Shown here: piece after piece, positions 49,041 through 59,386 of the stretch
How positions within the stretch are numbered: the stretch's first letter is position 1
How the letters are laid out: every line of letters begins with the position of its first letter
NCBI GenBank assembly: GCA_044376115.1
Contig: JBILLK010000010.1
Location: 192,001 to 256,000, forward strand
Direction of reading: 5' to 3'
Source of the DNA: Polyangiaceae bacterium
Lineage (GTDB): Bacteria; Myxococcota_A; Polyangia; Polyangiales; Polyangiaceae
DNA: 64,000 nt
Translations under genes and position numbers: made by a program
Notes under the pieces: model-generated
What the model was told of the DNA's origin: nothing
What the model saw: the letters and a program-made list of their open reading frames with translations, nothing else
Databases searched by the model: none

Positions 49041-50516
49041 ATGCCGATCACCTCGCAGCACCCCACGATTCAGCCGGAAAGCCACATGACAGCCCGTCCC
49101 GAAGGCGCAGCTCGCAAGCTCGTGAGCAGCCCGGGTGTGAACCAGCGGCAACAGCTCGCGTCGCCAACCATTCACAGTCGCCGCTGGCTGAACGGATGTC
49201 TGTTGGCCCTTGGGGCTTTGTTTACCAGCAGCGTGGCCGTCGCCGAGCCCGTGGCCCAGGCGAAAGCCACCGCGCGTGAAGCCCAGAAGCTCGCGGAAGA
49301 GCTCGTTCCGGTAGCCGAAGAGTCACCCGAGGTGAAAGCAGCGCGAGGGATCGTGGTCATCCAGCGGGCCGGCCAACCCATTGGGCTCGGGACGGTGCTC
49401 GCCAAAGACGGCCGCATTCTGACGGCGCTTTCCAACCTTGGCGCTGGCAACGACCTTGAAGCCAAGTTTGCCGACGATAGCGTCAAGAAACTGAAGGTCG
49501 GTCACAGCGATCGCGTTTGGGATCTCGCGTTGCTCGTACCCCAGAGCGGCAAGTGGGGAGAAGGCTTGGTCGCGTCGAGCCTCGACCCGCTCCGTGATGA
49601 CGCCGAGATTCACGCTTTCAGCGGCGCAAAGGGCAAACCCGCCGCAGTGCCGATCGAGCTGCGAACCCGCCGCTCGCTGATCGGAGGGGATGATCGGCTG
49701 CTCGAGCAGGCGTTGGAGCTGGGCTCACGCGTGAACGGGAAAGACGTCGGCGCTCCGTTGATCGACGAGAAAGGTCGCGTCGTCGGCGTGCTAGGAAGAG
49801 CGTGCCTTCCGATTGAAGGGAAGCCTTGCGCGCCAGTTGCTTACGGTGTGCCGGTTTCAGCGATCAAATCCTTCCTCAAGTCGGTGCCTGAGGATGCAGT
49901 TCCTCCTGCTGCGTGGCTCGGCATCCAAGGCGCATCTGAATCAACGTCGGTAGTGAAGGGCGTGCGCGTGCTCTCCGTCGCCAAGGGCAGCCCGGCTTCG
50001 GAGGCCAAGCTAAAGTCGGGCGAGAAGGGCGAAGGAGACCTGATCGTCGGTGTGAATGGGAAGCCGGTTACCACGCCGGAAGAATTGGCTGAGGCCGTCC
50101 GCGCCCACGCAGTAGGCGAGAAGATCCCCCTCACTCTGTTGAGCAAAGGGAAGTACCGAACGGTTGATGTACTGCTCAAGGCACCGCCGGAGATGGCGAA
50201 GGCAGTGACCAGCAAGGTCACGGCGAAGCCCAAAGCACGACTCGCGGAGGCTGAACCTGAAGCACCCGCCGCGGAAGAAGACGATAACTCGCAGCTAACC
50301 CCACGCGATGCGCTCGGCCTGGCCAAGAAGGGGCTGTCCGGCAAGAAGACCATCACCATCAGCACCCACCCCAAGAAGTCGAGCAAGTCCGCTGCGGCGG
50401 AAAAGCCGGCCAAACCGGAGAAGCCGGCCAAAGCAGCCAAACCCGCCAAGCCGAAGAACGCTGCACCTCCAGCAAAGCCCGAGGGCAGCGAAGATCAGTT
50501 CGACGATCCGGAATGA
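49041..50516 (+). CDS. HtrA/DegP-like trypsin-fold + PDZ protein, apparently catalytically inactive; Lys/Pro/Ala-rich tail
   Basis: GLGTVL..DGRILTALSNL, WDLALL, VNGKDVGAPLIDEKGRVVGV, AWLGI, GSPASEAKL, GDLIVGVNG; AGGAG RBS before ATG 49041. Confidence 0.8.
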   Translation: MPITSQHPTIQPESHMTARPEGAARKLVSSPGVNQRQQLASPTIHSRRWLNGCLLALGALFTSSVAVAEPVAQAKATAREAQKLAEELVPVAEESPEVKAARGIVVIQRAGQPIGLGTVLAKDGRILTALSNLGAGNDLEAKFADDSVKKLKVGHSDRVWDLALLVPQSGKWGEGLVASSLDPLRDDAEIHAFSGAKGKPAAVPIELRTRRSLIGGDDRLLEQALELGSRVNGKDVGAPLIDEKGRVVGVLGRACLPIEGKPCAPVAYGVPVSAIKSFLKSVPEDAVPPAAWLGIQGASESTSVVKGVRVLSVAKGSPASEAKLKSGEKGEGDLIVGVNGKPVTTPEELAEAVRAHAVGEKIPLTLLSKGKYRTVDVLLKAPPEMAKAVTSKVTAKPKARLAEAEPEAPAAEEDDNSQLTPRDALGLAKKGLSGKKTITISTHPKKSSKSAAAEKPAKPEKPAKAAKPAKPKNAAPPAKPEGSEDQFDDPE

Positions 50517-50539
50517 GGCCCAACGGCCTTCCAAGCAAC

Positions 50540-50573
50540 ACGAAGCCCTCCAAGCTCAGCTGGAGGGCTTCGT
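50540..50573. terminator. Hairpin between convergent genes (likely bidirectional terminator)
   Basis: ACGAAGCCCTCCA-AGCTCAGC-TGGAGGGCTTCGT. Confidence 0.7.
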
Positions 50574-50577
50574 CGTA

Positions 50578-51510
50578 TCAGCTGAGGTCGAGCATGCGTT
50601 CCATCGGAATCCGGGCCTGGGTGCGCAACGTCTCGTCCATCTCGATGCGCGGCGTTAGGTCGCGCAATGCCACGTACAGCTTCTCGAGCGTGTTCAGGCG
50701 CATGAACGGGCATTCGTTGCAGGCGCAGTTCGCCTGAGGTGGCCCCGAGATAAACTCTTTGCTCGGGTTGGCCTTCTTCATTTGATGAAGAATGCCGTCC
50801 TCGGTCATAACGATGTAGCGCTGGCTGCTGTCGCTGATGGTGTACTTGAGCAGCGCGGTGGTTGAGCCAACGTAGTCGGCTAGCTTCAACACAGGCTCCT
50901 CGCACTCGGGGTGGGCGATGATCTTGGCGTCGGGGTAACGCTCGCGCAGCTGCGTGAGTTTGCGTTCGCTGAAGGTCTCATGGACCACGCAGCTGCCTTG
51001 CCAAAGGCGCATCTTTCGCCCTGTGCGCTCGCTTAGCCAGCGGCCAAGGTTCTTGTCCGGAGCAAACAGAATTTCCTTATCCTCAGGGATCGCGCGAACG
51101 ATCTTCTCCGCGTTCGAGGACGTGCAGATGTAGTCGCTGGCCGCCTTCACCTCGGCGGAGCAGTTGATGTACGAGATCGAGACCGCGTCGGGGTACTTTG
51201 CTCGCCACGCTCGAAAGCGATCGCCGGGGCAGCCGTCGGCGAGCGAGCAGCCGGCCGCCATGTCCGGGACCACGACGATCTTCTCCGGATTCAGGATCTT
51301 CGCGGTCTCGGCCATGAAGTGAACACCGGCGAAGACGATGATGTCGGCGTTCGTCTTCTTGGCGGCCTGAGCCAACTGCAACGAGTCACCGAGAAAATCC
51401 GCCAGATCCTGGATCTCCCCGGCTTGGTAGTAGTGCGCGAGGAGGATGGCGTTTTTCTCCCGTTTGAGGTCGGTGATCGCTTGTTCGAGGTCTTCAGGCA
51501 ACCCGTTCAT
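50578..51510 (-). CDS. nadA: Quinolinate synthase
   Basis: [60 protein letters not shown]. Confidence 0.97.
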   Translation of the reverse strand: MNGLPEDLEQAITDLKREKNAILLAHYYQAGEIQDLADFLGDSLQLAQAAKKTNADIIVFAGVHFMAETAKILNPEKIVVVPDMAAGCSLADGCPGDRFRAWRAKYPDAVSISYINCSAEVKAASDYICTSSNAEKIVRAIPEDKEILFAPDKNLGRWLSERTGRKMRLWQGSCVVHETFSERKLTQLRERYPDAKIIAHPECEEPVLKLADYVGSTTALLKYTISDSSQRYIVMTEDGILHQMKKANPSKEFISGPPQANCACNECPFMRLNTLEKLYVALRDLTPRIEMDETLRTQARIPMERMLDLS

Positions 51511-51687
51511 GGCGAAAACGTAGGGTGAATACGCTTTCTTGACCAGCCGGAGCAGGTCCCCTACACGCGCCGGGTCGAGAACGGCTGCGAATCCGAGTCA
51601 GATCCCGCGATTCACGCGCTCGATGCGGTGTCGAAAGGGTCCAAATCCGAGACGACCATCGAGCAAGGTCTTTGGTAGAGTGCAGCC

Positions 51688-53616
51688 ATGTCGGACGCGC
51701 GACTCCGCGCTCAATGTGAAGCCCGCTTGGGCACCACCCTTCGAGGGAAGTGGGTGCTCGAGAAGCTCGTCGGAATCGGCGGGATGGCCGCGGTGTATGC
51801 GGGCGCGCACAAGATTGGCCGTCGCGACGCGATCAAGATCCTCCACGCCGAGGTCGCCAAGAGCACCGAGATCCGCACGCGCTTCGAGCAAGAGGCCGCC
51901 GTTGCGAACAGCTTCTCGCATCCGGGCGCGGTTGAGATTCGCGATATCGACGTGACCGAGGATGGCTGCCCCTTCTTGGTGATGGAGTTCCTCCAGGGCG
52001 AGACGCTCGGTGAGTGGGCGCGCCGCCTGTTCGAGAAGGGCCAGGAGTTCCCGCTCGAGGATCTGATGCGCTTCACGTCGGAGTTGCTCTCGGCGCTCGG
52101 TGCGGCTCACGCGCAGGGCATCGTGCATCGCGACATCAAGCTCGACAACGTCTTCATCACCGAGGCCGGAACGGTCAAAGTGCTCGACTTCGGTATCGCG
52201 CGACTCACGCACGGCCGGGCGATCACCGTGGCCGGCGCGCGCCTCGGGACGGCGGCGTACATGGCGCCGGAACAAGTTCGCGGTGAGCAGGTGGACGGTC
52301 GAGCCGACCTCTTCTCGGTCGGAGCGACGCTGTTCCGCCTATTGACGAAGCAGCGCATCCACGAGGCAAACTCAGAGGCCGATCTTTTCATCCGCATGGG
52401 GACTGAGCAGGCACCGGCGATTCTCAGCGTTGCGCCCGAAGTCCCCCCCGACATCGCTGCCATCGTCGACCGCTCGCTGAAGTTCAAGGCAGACCAGCGC
52501 TACCCCAACGCTGCAGCGATGGCGGCGGATGTACAGCGCGTGCGCGCCAACCTAGGCAGCAGCCAACAGAAGCGCGACGTTCAGCTTTCGCGCACCGTCC
52601 CGCTGAGCATGGCCGTCCTGCAATCTGCGGCGCAAGCACACGCATCCGCGCAATCGGTGCAACCGCAAGCGTCGGCTGCAAAAGCGACGCAAGCGCACAC
52701 TCCGCAAAGTCTCCGTGCGGCGGAACCAACGGCGGTCGGGCCCAGCGGCGACGACGGCCCCGCCTCGATCGGCAACGCCAAGACCAACGCCCTGCCAGTG
52801 CAAAGGTCGATGCCTTCGACCGTCGCAGGCCCTTCGCCCATGGGGGTGAGTCCGGGCCGTCCTTCCAGCGCGAGCCTCGCAAGCGCGAGCCAGGCGCCAC
52901 AAAGCCTCCGTGGAGGCAGTGGAGACTCGAGCGCTAGCTTCAAGGCTCTGAAGTCCTCCGACATGAACCTCGGGACCCAAGCGATGCCCAACCTCGGTTC
53001 GCTGATTTCGGCCGGGGTTTCCCATCCCCCCGCGTCGTTGCGCACCCAACAGCTTTCGCAGCCTCCGCAGTCTCCGTCGTTGCCCGCTCCTTCGGACCAG
53101 TCAGGGCGTGCGACGTATACGCCAGCTCCCAACCAAGTCCGAGCTGCGCTTCGTGAGACCAATCCCCCCGTGACACCGTCGCCGGCAAAACCGAGCGGTC
53201 CTGAATGGGTGCCTGCGGCGCCGGGTGTTGCCGTTCTTCAAGAGGCGCCGCGGAAGAGGATCTCACCTTGGATCGTGGTGGCGATCCTTGGGCTGCTCGG
53301 ACTCGCGGCCGGAGCCGTCGGCGTGCTGCTCATCCAAGGGGCGAATGCCGAATCGAGCGAAGAAGCTGAGTCCGGAGACGAGCCGCAGGATAAGAAGGGC
53401 AAGAAAGCGAAGCCGAAAACCAGCGCTGCGCCGTCGGTGGTCGCACCCGCCGCTGCACCGTCTACTGCCGCCGTGCCCGCAGCGCCCGCGCCAGCCCCCA
53501 CGCAGCAACCGATCCCCACTCCGGTGAACCCCGCGGATCCTTCGCCCAAGCCGGCGCCGAGCGGAAGCCTTCCCAAGCCGGCGTTCAGCAGCTTTAGTCT
53601 TCCCAAGTTCCGCTAA
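51688..53616 (+). CDS. Membrane Ser/Thr protein kinase (Hanks type)
   Basis: VGIGGMAAVY, AIKIL, HRDIKLDN, DFG, GTAAYMAPE, DLFSVG; long low-complexity linker and TM. Confidence 0.95.
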   Translation: MSDARLRAQCEARLGTTLRGKWVLEKLVGIGGMAAVYAGAHKIGRRDAIKILHAEVAKSTEIRTRFEQEAAVANSFSHPGAVEIRDIDVTEDGCPFLVMEFLQGETLGEWARRLFEKGQEFPLEDLMRFTSELLSALGAAHAQGIVHRDIKLDNVFITEAGTVKVLDFGIARLTHGRAITVAGARLGTAAYMAPEQVRGEQVDGRADLFSVGATLFRLLTKQRIHEANSEADLFIRMGTEQAPAILSVAPEVPPDIAAIVDRSLKFKADQRYPNAAAMAADVQRVRANLGSSQQKRDVQLSRTVPLSMAVLQSAAQAHASAQSVQPQASAAKATQAHTPQSLRAAEPTAVGPSGDDGPASIGNAKTNALPVQRSMPSTVAGPSPMGVSPGRPSSASLASASQAPQSLRGGSGDSSASFKALKSSDMNLGTQAMPNLGSLISAGVSHPPASLRTQQLSQPPQSPSLPAPSDQSGRATYTPAPNQVRAALRETNPPVTPSPAKPSGPEWVPAAPGVAVLQEAPRKRISPWIVVAILGLLGLAAGAVGVLLIQGANAESSEEAESGDEPQDKKGKKAKPKTSAAPSVVAPAAAPSTAAVPAAPAPAPTQQPIPTPVNPADPSPKPAPSGSLPKPAFSSFSLPKFR

Positions 53617-53625
53617 TGCGAGCTG

Positions 53626-55350
53626 TCACTCCCAGGGGAAGTGACCGGTCTGGACGCGGCCGATCACAATTGCCGCTACGACAAATCCCACAATCGCAAA
53701 GGCGATAACGCCGAGGATGATGACCAACCGACTCGGTGGCTTGTCGCTGGTGACAGCCCCCGACTGAAAGGCTGCCAGAGAAGACGGAGAAACGGTGTGC
53801 CCCGTCGGCCGGTCCCTTCGGTACACCGTGGTCAAGTCTCCCCCCTCTCCGGGTTGTGGACCTGGTTGGCCAGTGGCCGGAGGTTGACTCACCTGTTGCT
53901 GAACAGCCTGTTGCTGAACCGCCTGTTGTGGACTAGCGCCGAAGCTCATCGGCCGAGACTCCGCCGCGCCAGCATACGTGGGAGAAGATTGAGGGTAGCC
54001 CGAGCGACTGGGCTGGACCGGCATCGGCACTCCCGCGTTGCGCAACGCGGCGTGACTCATCAGCTGCGTTCCAGCCACGGATGAATGGGACGACGGGTCA
54101 TCGTGAAGCCGAGGGACCTGATGGATCGCCTGCGGTGCTTGGGAGTTCGCCCTCGCCTGCTGAAGTTGCGCCACGGCGTGAGCAACGTTGCGTACCGGAA
54201 TGGCAAGCGTCGCAACATGATCCGCGCCCCCCTCACTCGTGGTGTCGTTGACGACCGGCACGTTGATGGAGGACGCATTGATAGCGAGGGTGCCGCCAAG
54301 AGCAGGACGGCGCTGGCCCTGCGCTTGTTGCAGAGCAGCCTCCCCACCCATCTGCGGCACAGAAAAACCGGGCCGCGGTTGCATGGCGGCGGGCGGCGCA
54401 ACGGCTGAAGCGTTCGACGCGTAACTTCGTGGGTCGACCATCATCACTGTAGCTGGCTGACGGTTCGATGGTTGTGGAGGCTCAGCGGAGCGAACGGGCT
54501 GCTTGAGCTCACGCCAAACCTCAAGAGCCTCTTGCGCGGACTGGAAACGGTCGGCTGGATCGCGCGCCAAGCCCTTCGCGAGGAACGCCTCGAGTCGCGG
54601 GTCCACGGGGCCCTCGAGCACTTTGGCCAGGGCGCGCGGCTCCGACTTCGTCTTCAGGTCGACCATCTGCAGGATGTTCTTCGCCGCGTAGGGCAACTGC
54701 CCGCTCATCGCCTGATAGATGAGCGTCGCACAGGCGTAGATGTCGGCTCGGTGGTCGACTGTCTTGGCCTTGCCGATCTGCTCGGGCGGCATGAACGAAA
54801 AGGTCCCGAGGCTCTGCCCCATCTCGGTCAAGGTGTCCCCACCCACCTCGCGCGGTAGTTTTGAGATGCCGAAATCAAGGATCTTTACGCGCTGCTGACC
54901 GTCGGGCCTGCGTTCCAAGAACACGTTGGAAGGCTTGAGGTCGCGGTGAACCACGCCCGCCGCATGGGCCGCTGAGAGCCCCATCCACACTTGCTCAACA
55001 ATGCCGAATAGCTCCTCGAAAGCCATCGGTCCTGTGCGCTTCAAGCGGTCGATCAGCGACTCCCCCTCGAGCAACTCAAACACCAGGACGATGCCTTGCT
55101 CGGCATCCTCCTCGACGTCGAGCACCTGGGTCACGTGATCGTTGTTGATCGCACCGGCGGCGCGAGCCTCTCGGCGAAAGCGCGCCACCGCGGAGGACTT
55201 TTGCTTCGAGTCAGCGCGCAACACCTTGACCGCAACGGTGCGCCCGGTGCGAAGGTGCTCTGCAGCGAATACCTCACCCATCCCGCCACGCCCGAGGGGT
55301 CGCAGGATCTTGTATCGCTGAGCGACAACCGCGCCCGCCTCTAGCTCCAA
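53626..55350 (-). CDS. Ser/Thr protein kinase with C-terminal TM
   Basis: LGRGGMGEVF, VAVKVL, HRDLKPSN, DFG, GTFSFMPPE, DIYA. Confidence 0.95.
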   Translation of the reverse strand: MELEAGAVVAQRYKILRPLGRGGMGEVFAAEHLRTGRTVAVKVLRADSKQKSSAVARFRREARAAGAINNDHVTQVLDVEEDAEQGIVLVFELLEGESLIDRLKRTGPMAFEELFGIVEQVWMGLSAAHAAGVVHRDLKPSNVFLERRPDGQQRVKILDFGISKLPREVGGDTLTEMGQSLGTFSFMPPEQIGKAKTVDHRADIYACATLIYQAMSGQLPYAAKNILQMVDLKTKSEPRALAKVLEGPVDPRLEAFLAKGLARDPADRFQSAQEALEVWRELKQPVRSAEPPQPSNRQPATVMMVDPRSYASNASAVAPPAAMQPRPGFSVPQMGGEAALQQAQGQRRPALGGTLAINASSINVPVVNDTTSEGGADHVATLAIPVRNVAHAVAQLQQARANSQAPQAIHQVPRLHDDPSSHSSVAGTQLMSHAALRNAGVPMPVQPSRSGYPQSSPTYAGAAESRPMSFGASPQQAVQQQAVQQQVSQPPATGQPGPQPGEGGDLTTVYRRDRPTGHTVSPSSLAAFQSGAVTSDKPPSRLVIILGVIAFAIVGFVVAAIVIGRVQTGHFPWE

Positions 55351-55360
55351 CGAACCCCGC

Positions 55361-56422
55361 TCACTGGAAGCTTCCGATCACCGAAGCGGTTGCACCCACG
55401 AGTTGACCATCCACCGGGCCGAAGACTGGGCTTGGTGCGACCGTCCAATGAGCAGCGGCTTGCTCACCTGACACCGCTACTTCAGGCCTGGTGAAGTAGA
55501 AGACGAGCGTGGCGCCCGCCGCAGCAATCGTGGTGCCGAGGAGTACGTCGGCGACGATGTTCTTGGTGATGACGTCGTCGCGAAGCGAGGTCAGTTCACT
55601 CTCGGTTCCAACGCCATTTTGCGCGTCGAAGTCACTTTTGGCCGACGCGGCCAACCCCATGAAAACGCCTGTTCCGATGGCCGCAGCGCCGGTTACGCCG
55701 GTGAAGATCCATACGGTGATCGGCACCGGGCGTTCCAACTCAACGGGCTTCGGCTCGACCGGCGGCTTCGGACCTTGCGGCTCGGTGGGCGTCTCGCTCG
55801 CAGCGGCGGTCTTGAATTCGATCGCCCGCTCAACCTTGCTTCCGTTACCTACCTCAGCCGTCCAAACGACGTCTGGAAAGCCGTCCGCTTGGGCGGTGAA
55901 ACTGTAAGCGCCCGGGTGGAGGCCAAGCGAAGTGGAAGCGGTGATCGGGTAGCGGTTCGTCTTGGTGGTGCCGTCGCTGGCCTGCCGAGTCGCGATCAAC
56001 CGGGCGGCTGGGACGTTGCTCGTTACCGTCAGCGTGGCGAGCGCCGACTTCAGCCGCGTCAGATCGTCCCCGATTTGCTTTCGGTCCTCGGGCGCCATCT
56101 CGGTCGCGCGCTTGAGCACCTCCTCGTAGTGAGGAATCGCAGCGCCATCACGCTCGAGGTACTGCTCACAGATGGCCAAGGCGCGCAGCGCCTTCCAAGA
56201 GCCCGACAGCTCGTACGCCTTGCCGAACTCAACCGAGGCTTCCTCACAAAGGTGGCCTTGCGGAGGCTCGTTATAGAACGAGGTACCAGCCGCCATATGC
56301 ACCTTGGCCTGCTCGAGCTTGGGGTCGACGGGCTTCGGCTGCGCGTGAAGCTGGTTGGTGCACAAAAACATGCCCACCCCAAACACCGACCCTGCCCACC
56401 AGCGACCAGAACGACGCAGCAT
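55361..56422 (-). CDS. Exported TPR + PEGA-like domain protein with C-terminal hydrophobic hairpin
   Basis: Signal-like N-terminus; EFGKAYELSG..ALRALAICEQ TPR; TLTVTSNVPAA...LHPGAYSFTA PEGA; two C-terminal hydrophobic helices. Start uncertain. Confidence 0.75.
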   Translation of the reverse strand: MLRRSGRWWAGSVFGVGMFLCTNQLHAQPKPVDPKLEQAKVHMAAGTSFYNEPPQGHLCEEASVEFGKAYELSGSWKALRALAICEQYLERDGAAIPHYEEVLKRATEMAPEDRKQIGDDLTRLKSALATLTVTSNVPAARLIATRQASDGTTKTNRYPITASTSLGLHPGAYSFTAQADGFPDVVWTAEVGNGSKVERAIEFKTAAASETPTEPQGPKPPVEPKPVELERPVPITVWIFTGVTGAAAIGTGVFMGLAASAKSDFDAQNGVGTESELTSLRDDVITKNIVADVLLGTTIAAAGATLVFYFTRPEVAVSGEQAAAHWTVAPSPVFGPVDGQLVGATASVIGSFQ

Positions 56423-56474
56423 CCCGGCAATGCTAACTGGCCCACGGTCAAAGGGGAACCTCCGCATGCGACCG

Positions 56475-58496
56475 TCACTCATCATCGGCTCGCAGCTTGG
56501 CCATCACTGACAGGTCCTCCAGTGTGGAGGTGTCGCCGGTGGACTCCTTGCCAGCAGCGACGTCTTTCAACAGACGCCGCATGATCTTGCCGCTGCGCGT
56601 CTTTGGCAGAGCATCTGCGAAGCGAATTTGGTCCGGTTTGGCGAACTTGCCGATCTCCTTGCCGACGTGGTCAGCGAGCGTCGCGGCCAGCTCGGCGTTG
56701 GCAGTATGTCCTGGTTTAATCGAAACAAACACCACCAAGGCCTGGCCCTTCAACTCGTCCGGGCGGCCAACCGCAGCGGCTTCGGCGACGCTGGGGTGAG
56801 AGACCAGCGCGCTCTCGATCTCCGCGGTGCCAATGCGATGGCCCGCGACATTGAGCACGTCATCGATGCGCCCGACGACCCAGTGATAACCGTCTTCATC
56901 CGCCCTGGCCCCGTCGCCGGTGAAGTAGACGCCCTCAATCTCGGAAAAGTACTGCTGCTGGAAGCGAGCGTCATCGCCCCAAACGGTGCGCAACATGCTA
57001 GGCCAAGGCCGCTCCAAAATGAGCAGACCGCCTTCATCCGCAGCGACCTTCCGGTAGCCACCAGGCGCGGCTGCGTCCTTCTTCACGACCGCAGGCTCCA
57101 CCCCGAACATCGGCAAGCCTGTTGAGCCCGGTTTGGAGAAAGAGGCGCCAGGCAGCGTGGTCATCATGATCGCGCCGGTCTCGGTTTGCCACCAGGTGTC
57201 GACGATGGGGCAGAGCCCACGCCCGATCACCTCGTGGTACCAAACCCAGGCCTCCGGATTGATCGGCTCGCCGACCGAACCGAGCAGCCGCAAACTCGAG
57301 AGGTCGTACTTGTTCGGCCACTCATTCCCTTGGCGGATGAAGGCGCGGATGGCGGTCGGAGCGGTGTACAGGATGCTGACGCCGTGCCGCTCAATCACCT
57401 TCCAAAAGCGGCCCCAATCCGGGAAGTTGGGCGCACCTTCATACATTAGGCAGGTCGCGCCGTTCGACAGAGGGCCGTACACCAAGTAGCTGTGCCCGGT
57501 GACCCAGCCGACGTCTGCGGTGCACCAATAAATATCGTCCTCGCGGATGTCGAAGACGTACTTGAAGGTCGTGTGCGTGCTCGCCAAGTAGCCCGCGGTC
57601 GAGTGCAGAACGCCCTTCGGTTTGCCAGTCGAGCCGGAGGTGTACAGGATGAAGAGCGGGTGCTCTGAGTCGACTACGATCGCCTCTTTTGCCGGCCCTT
57701 CGAGCGATTGCTTCACGACGTCGTGCCAGTAGACGTCGCGACCATCCTTCATCGTAACGGGGCAAAGGGTGGTCCCGAGGTGTTGGAACACAACCACCTT
57801 CTCGACGCTCTTGGCCTCCGGCTGCGCCACCGCTCGATCGACGACTTCTTTGAGCGCGAGCACGTTGCCACGGCGGTAGCCGCCGTCCTGCGTAATAACC
57901 ACTTTGGCCTGGCAGTCGGCGATGCGGTCGCGCAGAGCGTCCGCGGCGAACCCGCCGAAGACCACCGTATGAACGGCGCCGATACGAGCGCAGGCGAGCA
58001 TGGCCACCGCGACTTCGGGGATCATGCCCATGTAGATGGCCACGCGATCGCCCTTGCCGATGCCCATGCGCGCTAGCGCGTTCGCCAAACGAATGGTCTC
58101 GCGATGGAGCTCACCGTAGGTGACTGAGCGGGTGGCGCCCATCTCGCCTTCCCAGATGATGGCGGCCTTGTTGCGGCGGGCGCCGTGGACGTGGCGGTCG
58201 AGGCAGCTCTCGGTGATGTTGAGTTTGGCGCCGACAAACCACTCGACGAAGGGGAACTTGGCTTTGGAGGTTGCACCGCCCGCATCCCCCTTGGTTCGTT
58301 GTGTGATGGTCCACGGCTCTCGAAAGACCAATTCACTGGTTTCGCGCCGCCAAAATGTCTCAGGAGAGTCGAGGCTTTCCCTGTACAGCGCGTCATACGC
58401 TTCCCGAGTGGGAACGCGCGCGTGCGAAGAAAACTCGGCGGAGGGCGGAAAACGGCGAACTTCCTTTTGGAAGCTTTTGATTGTCTCGTCGGCCAT
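56475..58496 (-). CDS. acs: Acetyl-CoA synthetase
   Basis: [63 protein letters not shown]. True start is MADETIK at 58496, with an AGGGGA RBS. Confidence 0.97.
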   Translation of the reverse strand: MADETIKSFQKEVRRFPPSAEFSSHARVPTREAYDALYRESLDSPETFWRRETSELVFREPWTITQRTKGDAGGATSKAKFPFVEWFVGAKLNITESCLDRHVHGARRNKAAIIWEGEMGATRSVTYGELHRETIRLANALARMGIGKGDRVAIYMGMIPEVAVAMLACARIGAVHTVVFGGFAADALRDRIADCQAKVVITQDGGYRRGNVLALKEVVDRAVAQPEAKSVEKVVVFQHLGTTLCPVTMKDGRDVYWHDVVKQSLEGPAKEAIVVDSEHPLFILYTSGSTGKPKGVLHSTAGYLASTHTTFKYVFDIREDDIYWCTADVGWVTGHSYLVYGPLSNGATCLMYEGAPNFPDWGRFWKVIERHGVSILYTAPTAIRAFIRQGNEWPNKYDLSSLRLLGSVGEPINPEAWVWYHEVIGRGLCPIVDTWWQTETGAIMMTTLPGASFSKPGSTGLPMFGVEPAVVKKDAAAPGGYRKVAADEGGLLILERPWPSMLRTVWGDDARFQQQYFSEIEGVYFTGDGARADEDGYHWVVGRIDDVLNVAGHRIGTAEIESALVSHPSVAEAAAVGRPDELKGQALVVFVSIKPGHTANAELAATLADHVGKEIGKFAKPDQIRFADALPKTRSGKIMRRLLKDVAAGKESTGDTSTLEDLSVMAKLRADDE

Positions 58497-58655
58497 GGTG
58501 AGTCCCCTTTGGGCGCCGGAGGATACGCCCCCTGCCGAAAAACCGTCCCAGATTCGACGTGAACGCGTCGAGGGCGGGCACGCCAACGACTCTGTGCCCT
58601 CGTTGCCTTCGGTTCCCGTTGAACCCGTCGGCGACGTAGGCGACGCTGGCAGCCG

Positions 58656-59204
58656 ATGAATCACGATGCTTCCCAGTCGAGCCAACCTCAACAAGCTGCC
58701 GGCGGAGGCTGGGGACCGCCTCCAGGTGCGCCTCCCGGCGGAGGCTGGGGACCACCGCCCGGTGCGCCGCCCCCTCCACCCGGCGGAGGTTGGGGAGCTC
58801 CACCTGCGCCCCCCGGCGGTGGTGGATTTGGTGGTCCGCCCGGTGGCTACGGTGCGCCTCCTCTCCCTCCCGGAGGCGGCTGGGGTCCGCCGCCCGGCGC
58901 AGCCGGCACCTTCGCGGCGCCGCCCATTCCTCCCCAATTCGCCATGCAACCGGGAGCCCCCTACGGCATCGATCCGATCACCGGAATGCCCTTCTCCGAC
59001 AAGCAGAAGACCGTCGCCGGTATCTTGCAAATCGTGGTGCCGTTCGGTGCTGGCCGCTTCTACACGGGCCACACTGGAATCGCGGTCGCCCAATTGCTGA
59101 CCGCCTTCTTGTGCGGAGTTGGGGCCATCTGGTGCGTCATCGATGGGGTGATGATGCTGACGGGCAAAGTGCCGGACGCCCAAGGCCGGCCGATGCGCGA
59201 CTGA
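58656..59204 (+). CDS. Gly/Pro-rich TM2-domain membrane protein
   Basis: GGGWGPPPG repeats, then [25 protein letters not shown]...[17 protein letters not shown]...IWCVIDG TM2 signature. Confidence 0.85.
   Translation: MNHDASQSSQPQQAAGGGWGPPPGAPPGGGWGPPPGAPPPPPGGGWGAPPAPPGGGGFGGPPGGYGAPPLPPGGGWGPPPGAAGTFAAPPIPPQFAMQPGAPYGIDPITGMPFSDKQKTVAGILQIVVPFGAGRFYTGHTGIAVAQLLTAFLCGVGAIWCVIDGVMMLTGKVPDAQGRPMRD
58701..58900 (+). repeat. Coding repeats GGGWG(P/A)PP, including a 36-bp tandem pair
   Basis: GGCGGAGGCTGGGGACC.. units start at 58701 and 58737, with further degenerate copies. Confidence 0.75.
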
Positions 59205-59386
59205 ATGACCACTGCATCCACCTTGGCTGAACCTGACGGCAACGTCGCGCGGGGTGTTACCAACCGTTCACGATCGGTTGGCCCTTGCGAGCGCTGCAGC
59301 CTTGCGGCGCGGGTCTCGGCTACGTTTCATGTTGGCGGGCATCTTGCGAAGGCGGCCCCGGCTCACGCGTAACTTAGGAGACGCTT

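Noticed and set aside
58701..58900. Short repeats as a possible CRISPR array
   Set aside because: The repeats are in-frame and degenerate at third codon positions, with no unique spacers and no cas genes.
58497..59183. Apparent ~230-aa N-terminal extension of acs (902-aa ORF)
   Set aside because: It is the antisense shadow of the Gly/Pro TM2 gene; Acs homology and an RBS begin at 58496.
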